Assembly (NCBI RefSeq): GCF_000150275.1
Contig: NW_002061148.1
Coordinates: 1-6,238 of the forward strand
DNA: 6,238 bases
DNA from: Trichoplax adhaerens
Taxonomy: Eukaryota > Animalia > Placozoa
Direction: 5' to 3'
The position numbers and the translations under genes were made by a program. Position 1 is the first letter of the stretch, and every line of letters begins with the position of its first letter. The notes beneath the pieces are model-generated. The model ran no database searches. It saw nothing but the letters and a program-made list of their open reading frames with translations, and had not been told where the DNA came from. This document shows, one piece after another, positions 1-6,238 of this stretch.

Positions 1-185
1 TGTCGGCAACAAAACAATATACTATGAAATCTATTGCTGTATTAGCTAGTATTTTTTATGTCAGTCATTGCTCAATGGAAATGTTGAGTAGGAAGTTCTT
101 TCTATCGTTGAAGTAATTCTTTATCCAACTAGGTTAATTGATGTAAAATAAAAAAAAAACTAGTGAAGATAGAGTCTATGTTGCT

Positions 186-779
186 TTAGAAAACTTTAAT
201 ACGCTTTGTGGGTGAGCATAAATCCATGAGTGAATTTTCATCTTTTTCATCTTCTTCCCGATAGTACTCCAATTCAGTAATTTCAACAGAATCACCGGGA
301 ACAACTTGATCTTTATTAACAATGAGTAACTTTCTTTTTTGACCGTTGCAATGGTCATCATCTCTTAATTTCGGCTGATGGGATGGATTGGCATCATTGT
401 GATGGATATCATCACTCCTTTGAGAGTCTTTCTCTAGTATCAATTTGCTGTCGTCCGCTACGCTTTCACAATCCATCGACACTGTGGATAAATCTTCCAT
501 TCCTTGTTGGGATTGTTGACAAACAGCATCATTTTGGCTTTCATCGTAATCGTTTGCATGGGCCACTATCGCATTTTGACATGAATTTTTGTTGTCATCA
601 TTTCCGATTATCATTTCGTCACTTTCACTGCATGGTGTCGTAGCACAGTATCTCGCCCGATCTAAGATGGAACTTAATAATAACGTCCGTCTCAATTCGC
701 AACCTTTACGGCTTTGTAAATTCTTGGCAATTTTAACCAGTGAAAGATGTATCAAATGATTTACATTAACGTCCGACAT
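186..779 (-). CDS. Immediate early response (IER2/IER5/IER5L-like) family protein; N-terminal IER/SERTA-like domain, putative PP2A-B55 adaptor; 197 aa, single coding exon
   Basis: Longest ORF in the window. The track's start at 785 is TTG; the first ATG is at 779-777 with A at -3 (ATCATG), and the stop is TAA at 188-186. Residues 9-43 (LIHLSLVKIAKNLQSRKGCELRRTLLLSSILDRAR) align gaplessly with the recalled human IER5L N-terminus ([35 protein letters not shown]), 15/35 identities, same position right after the initiator Met. The remainder is D/E/S/N/Q-rich low complexity with basic clusters, as in IER proteins. One-to-one orthology to a vertebrate paralog cannot be assigned, so no symbol is given. 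Confidence 0.88.
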   Translation of the reverse strand: MSDVNVNHLIHLSLVKIAKNLQSRKGCELRRTLLLSSILDRARYCATTPCSESDEMIIGNDDNKNSCQNAIVAHANDYDESQNDAVCQQSQQGMEDLSTVSMDCESVADDSKLILEKDSQRSDDIHHNDANPSHQPKLRDDDHCNGQKRKLLIVNKDQVVPGDSVEITELEYYREEDEKDENSLMDLCSPTKRIKVF

Positions 780-800
780 GATCAATGTGTATGCTAGAAA

Positions 801-812
801 TCAATGGCGCAT
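801..812 (-). other. Three-codon upstream ORF (Met-Arg-His-stop) in the predicted 5' UTR
   Basis: ATG CGC CAT TGA on the minus strand. It is the only ATG between the predicted TSS (1121) and the main ATG (779), has weak context (C at -3), and ends 21 nt before the main start. Confidence 0.5.
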
Positions 813-1117
813 AGGATTGATTTGGGCCGGGGGGGGGGATGCTTGAACTAAACAAGTAATGTATGAATTGAGAGAAGTCCTGTTGGATTGAAATACAATA
901 TTGGAGGAATACAACACGAGTTTAGTAGTGCAAAAACAAGACGATGATGGGAGTCGATAGAATGATTGGAAATTTTCCTCGTTGGCAAGCCACAACACGA
1001 CACAAACTCGAATGGCAATCTAGTGACAAGCGTACCCAAGTTGACGTATGGCGGTTACCCAATCAATGAACACCAACGCGCCAATTGTACCGTCGTCCTC
1101 TGCTGACGGAATCCGCG

Positions 1118-1123
1118 AACTGT
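1118..1123 (-). promoter_or_regulatory. Initiator-like element / predicted TSS at 1121
   Basis: Minus strand reads AC-A(+1)-GTT, close to the TCAGTY Inr, at canonical -31 spacing from the TATA box. Confidence 0.6.
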
Positions 1124-1144
1124 GCACCGACTGGCAAGCTCTTT

Positions 1145-1152
1145 CTTTTATA
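1145..1152 (-). promoter_or_regulatory. TATA box (TATAAAAG) of the IER-like gene
   Basis: Plus-strand CTTTTATA reads TATAAAAG on the minus strand, a perfect TATAWAAR in the right orientation. Its first T lies 31 nt upstream of an Inr-like A at 1121. Confidence 0.75.
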
Positions 1153-1263
1153 TGCCACGATACGGTACAATACGCGCGTATCGTACAGTTCGTGTCTTGG
1201 GTACGCTGAATGGCTTGAACAATAAGCAAATGTCAATGTCAGCCGCAACGTCAACCTAGCCAG

Positions 1264-1273
1264 CTAAAAATAG
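1264..1273. promoter_or_regulatory. MEF2 consensus site
   Basis: CTAAAAATAG is an exact CTA(A/T)4TAG match, about -143 to -152 from the predicted TSS and 10 nt from a CRE half-site (ACGTCA 1248-1253). Confidence 0.55.
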
Positions 1274-1612
1274 CACATGGAGAACGGTACCATTACTACA
1301 GGAGGTGTTGAAACGTGTTGTGTTTACCTTTTGTTGTACTCTACGCTACAGTACAGTTAGTCGATGGTCAGTGACTACTTCTACGTTGGCATAGTGACGC
1401 AACATGACTGCTATTGTGTCTGATCCTACACCACCGTAGCGCCGTTGGATGGCATACAGTATAAAGTACTGTACACTGTAGACGGGTTGACAAGTTGAGG
1501 CATGTTTTGCAAGTGAAGCTACAGTACAATACTGTACAAGAACCTGTACTGTACGGACAGCGTCGTACCTGTACGGTACGGTACCGCCAAATGCCTTTTG
1601 GGCTAATTATCT

Positions 1613-1622
1613 CCATATATGG
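1613..1622. promoter_or_regulatory. CArG box (SRF site) 1
   Basis: CCATATATGG, a perfect palindromic CC(A/T)6GG, abutted by a GATA motif (TTATCT 1607-1612). Confidence 0.6.
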
Positions 1623-1737
1623 CGACGAGTAGTGGAGTAAAAGGCCGCTCAACGTTGAAAACGTCGCGGGAACGTCAGAACGTTCAATGACTCTACAGTA
1701 CGTTGAATACTGCAAAGAAAGAAAGGAAATCCTACAC

Positions 1738-1744
1738 TGACTCA
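1738..1744. promoter_or_regulatory. AP-1 (TRE) site
   Basis: Exact TGACTCA between the two CArG boxes. Confidence 0.4.
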
Positions 1745-1950
1745 TGTGATGCATGTCCATCCTAATTTACAGTACAGTATACAGTACAATACTTGCAGAT
1801 TGATGTATCATCGATATCACTACTTCCGCACTGTAGCATTATTGTTGACAACAGCCTCTACTGACATGGACAGACTCCATTGCCAAAATAATGGCTGTAA
1901 AAGCTCAACGAGTGCAATAATATTAGTTTAAATCAAAAATATAATAATCT

Positions 1951-1960
1951 CCAAATATGG
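1951..1960. promoter_or_regulatory. CArG box (SRF site) 2, c-fos SRE-like
   Basis: CCAAATATGG, a perfect CC(A/T)6GG; minus-strand context is TGTCCATATTTGGAGAT. Confidence 0.6.
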
Positions 1961-2041
1961 ACAATCTACAGTACAGTATTCTTCATTTCCCAAACAGAGT
2001 ACTGTACATTACAGTACACTGCACTGTAGATTTGCTTACTC

Positions 2042-2110
2042 AGCCAATTTCTTCACTTTGACTGGCTGCTTTGGCGATGGGCGGTTACGCCACACCCATG
2101 ATGACGTAAT
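2042..2110. promoter_or_regulatory. CCAAT / GC-box / CACCC (KLF) / CRE-ATF motif group
   Basis: AGCCAAT 2042-2048, TGGGCGG 2078-2084, CCACACCC 2090-2097 and ATGACGTAAT 2101-2110 within 70 bp. Confidence 0.4.
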
Positions 2111-2282
2111 CGCTCGGCCTTGCCCATCTAGACTACGGTAGTACTGTTACTGGTGGTACAGTAGTAGTACTTACACTACTCAACTTGTACTAGTTGACTA
2201 ACTCGCTTTTCACCATGCCATTTTTCAGCAAAAGAAATCCCTGCTTCTGCGCAGGAATCATTCCAGGGTAATCAACCCAATC

Positions 2283-2393
2283 CTGTACTGTACTGTCTGT
2301 ACAGTGTACAGTACACAATCTGTACAGTGTACAGTACAGTACACAATCTGTACAGTGTACAGTACAGTACAGTACTGTACATAATCTGTACAG
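2283..2393. repeat. Compound TACAG/CTGTA minisatellite
   Basis: A CTGTA run followed by units TCTGTACAGTG-(TACWG)n-TACAYAA at 2296-2318, 2319-2346 and 2347-2384, and a partial unit at 2385-2393. Confidence 0.9.
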
Positions 2394-2422
2394 GCTCACT
2401 CGAAAGCAACTCCAACTTCCAT

Positions 2423-2523
2423 TGACGAATGACAGCTCGAGCATGAGTCATAACTCATGACATGATTCAACCATCATGAGTCATCTTTCCGAACTTCAAC
2501 TACTTGCGCAATGACGGCCGTCA
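2423..2523. promoter_or_regulatory. bZIP motif cluster (AP-1, C/EBP, CRE half-sites); candidate enhancer or divergent promoter
   Basis: TGACG 2423-2427, ATGAGTCAT 2443-2451 and 2476-2484, TAACTCA 2451-2457, TGATTCA 2463-2469, TTGCGCAA 2504-2511, TGACGGCCGTCA 2512-2523. Confidence 0.55.
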
Positions 2524-3570
2524 GCTTGGCCATGGAAGACCAAAGTCTTTCTTCTAGTAGTCCAGGACTTGGCATATTTCCCCATGCTTTCCCTATATAG
2601 TTCGTATATGATGCCTATATAATGTATCTATCTATCCATGCACGATCCATTTGTCCCTCATTTTCTCACCTACACTTTCATTCTACGACCGTAGTATAAG
2701 CACTGTAGTGGATTACTGGCGTTAAAATAATAATAATCAGTAACATCATTCAACACCTCTAGTGTACTACTGTTGAATGACTGAATCATTCTGAATGGCC
2801 CATTATGGAAATAGGACTCTGATTTACGCACAGATTGTATTGGAATGGAAAGATTTCCGAAAAGGAGTAGATGGGGTTACAGAAGGATGGAAGATGGATT
2901 CTTTCGTCCATAGCGACAGTGGGCCAACGTCACTCAATTCCAACAAATTCTCCACTGATCTATACTGTACAGTAAGCCGAGTGTATATTCTGTGGGGATG
3001 GTGGATTCCTTGAAGGTTAAGCGGCATTTCTTCTAGCTATATAATATACGCAAACATTCACTTACTCCAATTTCATGAACAGCAGCATGATATCAGCACA
3101 TACACGTACTCTATTGTAGATTGCAAATTGACTCAAAATGATTCAATTTCTGAAATTTGATAAAATTACATTTGACCAGATGCTGGCCCACGGTGATAGC
3201 TCTCTACTGTACCTTTAGCTCAATTCGTTTATCAAGTAGAATATCTTGGTCCTACATTGCCATAAGCTAGTATGATGAATACAATGGAAAGAAGATTCAT
3301 CATCTTGGACTTGTATTTATTCCACTTCTCCAATAGCAACCAAATAAGATCATGACGGTATGCGTCTATTCAACGATGACATCATACCACTCAGCTACCA
3401 ATTGAAAACGCGGTATCGTCTCAATTTCGTGCATAGGTTATTTCTCCATCGTCTTCATCAATGCCTTTATTGATTTCGTCGTATACTGTAGAAGAAGGTG
3501 AATTGAGTGATATAATAGGATGATACTGCATTGCATGATGGAATCAATCAAGGTAACACATTGAGTATGA

Positions 3571-3620
3571 NNNNNNNNNNNNNNNNNNNNNNNNNNNNNN
3601 NNNNNNNNNNNNNNNNNNNN
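3571..3620. other. Assembly gap (50 N)
   Basis: Run of exactly 50 N; the round number suggests a placeholder of unknown true size. Confidence 0.97.
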
Positions 3621-6238
3621 GATGGGCATACCGGAAACACATCATAGCACTTTCTCCTAACTTACTCCACAGGATATTGCAAATCTATTTCCATACAGCC
3701 TTAATTAAACAGCGGCAGAAATAGACACGCTCAACTAATGTTATTCATTGCCTAATGATAACATCTAAAGGAATGATAATTAGCAACCTAGTATGGAGCA
3801 ATATTCCAAATCTAAACAATCTTTTTGACAGTAAATTACGGTACTGTATTGCCAACTTTCTGATAGAAGATTGTCATGCTCGTCAGATTAAAAACCTCAA
3901 CACAAGTGGAGTCTCGTTCCAATGTTAGATTATCTAAGTAGAACCAAACGTTGGCAACAATGTAAGGCCGACATCAAACTATTCCAAAGTAAAATATTCC
4001 TTTACAGACTCGTTAATAGAAAAAAAAAAAGTAGTTTACGAGCAAGGGCATCCGATTAAGAAATCGTTCTACACTATACCATTTTCAAGTCAGTATCTAC
4101 ATCAAATGTTATACCGCATCGTAGAATAATTTTCAATATTGCGACATGTACCGTAATTATTTTCCGCGGTATATTCAGGCCTAGCATGTGTTTAAAGAGC
4201 GCTGAACAGGTAAAATCATTACATTTGACCTCATAATCCAAAAATAGCCTAAAGATTGACAGCATTTGTAAATAATTTCACATAATAACTTATAGCAAAT
4301 CCAAAGCGCTGAATGTTCATACCATAGAGATAACTAAAAATGGACCTGAGTTGCTTCTATGATTCACGTAGAATATTGTAATATCTTAAATAAAAACGAG
4401 CGCAATACCATTCATTTCCGCCATATTTCCTACACAAAATGCTGTTGTACTCTTAAGGTTACAAATTTTCCAAGCGATTTTATTTTATGGTACCGTTAGG
4501 ATGCAAACATAGGCAGTTCTTGAAGGCCAACGTCGATTTATCCGATAGCAAAGTGATATTGGTGTACAGATATTTAACAGAAAAAATTGCATCTCGTAGC
4601 ACTTCATCACCAACGTTATATAAAGTCAATTCTGTACTGTAGTATAGCATTCCTTAGTCTGCAGCATATATTCGAAATCTTTACATGACCTCGTAAAATA
4701 ATACGAGTATATTTTAAGTAATTTCTTATTACCTAACGGTAGCGGAAATTAGCAAACAATTTACGCCGAGTTTGTTTATTGCAATACTATAGGAGTAAAT
4801 AATAACAATCGAAAATGATGATTAATCTCAAAGTCCGGTATGCCATAATATCCTAAATGAAGACAATTTTATCACACTTGCAATAAACTTGGGATTATAA
4901 ATTTTTCTATCGACAAGAAAATGGTTTTCTTTTCGGGAAATTTATATTGTTACTGCTTTACCCTAGCCTTAAGGTGCAAACACCACCGGTAAATTAAGCC
5001 AATACTTCTAGATAAAACATAACATATACATACACAAAAAGTAAACGCTATAAATAACTTTTACATACCTCACAGCCCTAATAACAACAACGACTAGAAT
5101 TGATAGCAAATTGTTTCAAGCTCATTCTTTGTGAATGAGGTTCACATTATTAATATCGCAAAATTATCAGTAAGGTGCTGGGCAATGAGCTAGACAATAA
5201 TAATTGCAATAGAATCAAACGGGATGATGAAGCATCTACTGCTAGCAGTATGGCATAATATCTCCTCCCCCAAAAGACAATCTACCCGCAATTAAATATT
5301 AAGTGCACAGTACGCTATGATATCACATATTTAAAAATTAGGACTGCCGTACTCCGTTAACCTACTCGTAATTGTATTACTCATCCGAATCAAGGGCCAC
5401 TAGATACTTTATATTATATCGTATGGGGCCATAATGGGGGGGGGGCTACTGTTGTATAGAGATACACTCGGCACTGTACTTGTAGAATATCTTTTACATG
5501 AAATAATACGTCGTTGCTTTCCCTTGCTATCATAGGACATTGAATGTTCATTTTATATCATCTAATAACTCAAGCAAAGACAGAAATTCGCATTAGATAA
5601 AATCAATCGGTGCTAATCCATGTAAAGTTATATTGATCAATGATAACAATCTAATAGTCATGATTAAGTATGCCGTACTTGATAATGTCTGAAATAAAAA
5701 TAATCTAAAATCAATTTCAATACCACCAATTTTCCCATATTGAGCTACAAATTTTCTCTGGTTATAAGCCTTAACAAAGTAAAACTGATTTTATTTTACT
5801 GGTATGGTAAGATATTAATACTGGTGGCAACTTTTTATGGGTAATATCGATGTCGCATGTGATAATGCCTTAAATGGCGATAATTCAAAATCAGTAAGTT
5901 ATATTACCACCATCTTTTTGTACATCTAATTGCAATATCCTGTTGATCACAGCTTTAACAATATGAAATCGATTTTATTTTACTGTGATATTACGATGCA
6001 AACGCTAGTGGCAAAAAAAACACTTTGTAAGGTTAGTACAAATTCGTCCCATCAAAAATTAACATTTATGACTAGAAAACGACTGAAAGATAACTTTTCT
6101 TATACAACAGCTTAAGCTTGCATAGCACCCAAACTAACAAGGATCAACTTCAATTCATATGAGATCGATTCTATTTTCAATGACATTTTATTAAACCCAG
6201 TTTGCTTTCTAGTTATCACGCTATTAGCTTATCGATAA

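Noticed and set aside
189-203. C-terminal RIKVF as a PP1-docking RVxF motif
   Set aside because: Spacing does not fit [RK]-x(0,1)-[VI]-x-[FW].
383-643. 86-aa His/Phe-rich plus-strand ORF, and the 61-aa ORF at 176-361
   Set aside because: Antisense or alternate-frame shadows of the Asp/Glu/Asn-rich IER-like CDS; no recognisable domain.
780-785. ORF-track start at 785 (199 aa)
   Set aside because: The codon is TTG. The eukaryotic context and IER alignment favour the ATG at 779.
801-1931. Short ORFs over the leader and promoter (801-998, 848-1039, 1020-1229, 1063-1254, 1368-1760, 1746-1931)
   Set aside because: Several use non-ATG starts, none shows homology, and the Y/C/T/V/S-rich content of the distal ones simply translates the TACAG repeats.
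2296-2393. CRISPR-like repeat-spacer appearance
   Set aside because: The intervening sequence is itself pentamer repeat rather than unique spacers; no cas genes; eukaryotic context.
2190-2444. 84-aa ORF with LYCTVHCTD repeats resembling a Cys-rich or metal-binding protein
   Set aside because: Translation of the minisatellite. Unit lengths (23, 28, 38) are not multiples of three.
3214-3230. TAGCTCAATT resembling a tRNA A-box
   Set aside because: No B-box (GTTCRA) or cloverleaf downstream.
5424-5445. G10 run with near-CArG CCATAATGGG (similar CCCATTATGG at 2799-2808)
   Set aside because: Imperfect CArG plus a simple homopolymer; the shared match is too short to call a repeat or a G-quadruplex confidently.
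3438-6115. Short ORFs 3438-3629, 4074-4265 and 5930-6115; possible transposon remnants
   Set aside because: About 60 aa each (one spans the N gap), no recognisable domains, and no terminal repeats or target-site duplications seen; consistent with AT-rich intergenic DNA.

Overview
Eukaryotic, most likely invertebrate animal, genomic DNA; it is AT-rich with no obvious CpG depletion and has one 50-N assembly gap at 3571-3620. The only convincing protein-coding gene is an apparently intronless minus-strand ORF (ATG at 779, stop at 186, 197 aa). Its N-terminal ~45 aa align without gaps to the IER domain of vertebrate IER2/IER5/IER5L (SERTA-related, PP2A-B55-binding adaptors), followed by an acidic, likely disordered tail ending in a basic SPTKRIK motif. 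Upstream is a TATAAAAG box spaced 31 nt from an Inr-like CAGTT (predicted TSS 1121). The next ~1.4 kb is dense with immediate-early-type elements: a consensus MEF2 site, two perfect CArG boxes with near-identical flanks (one c-fos-SRE-like), CRE/ATF, AP-1, C/EBP, ETS and KLF motifs. These are interleaved with many TAC(A/T)G pentamer runs, including a structured minisatellite at 2296-2393. The sequence after the gap looks like ordinary AT-rich intergenic DNA. All motif functions are inferred; nothing was searched against databases.
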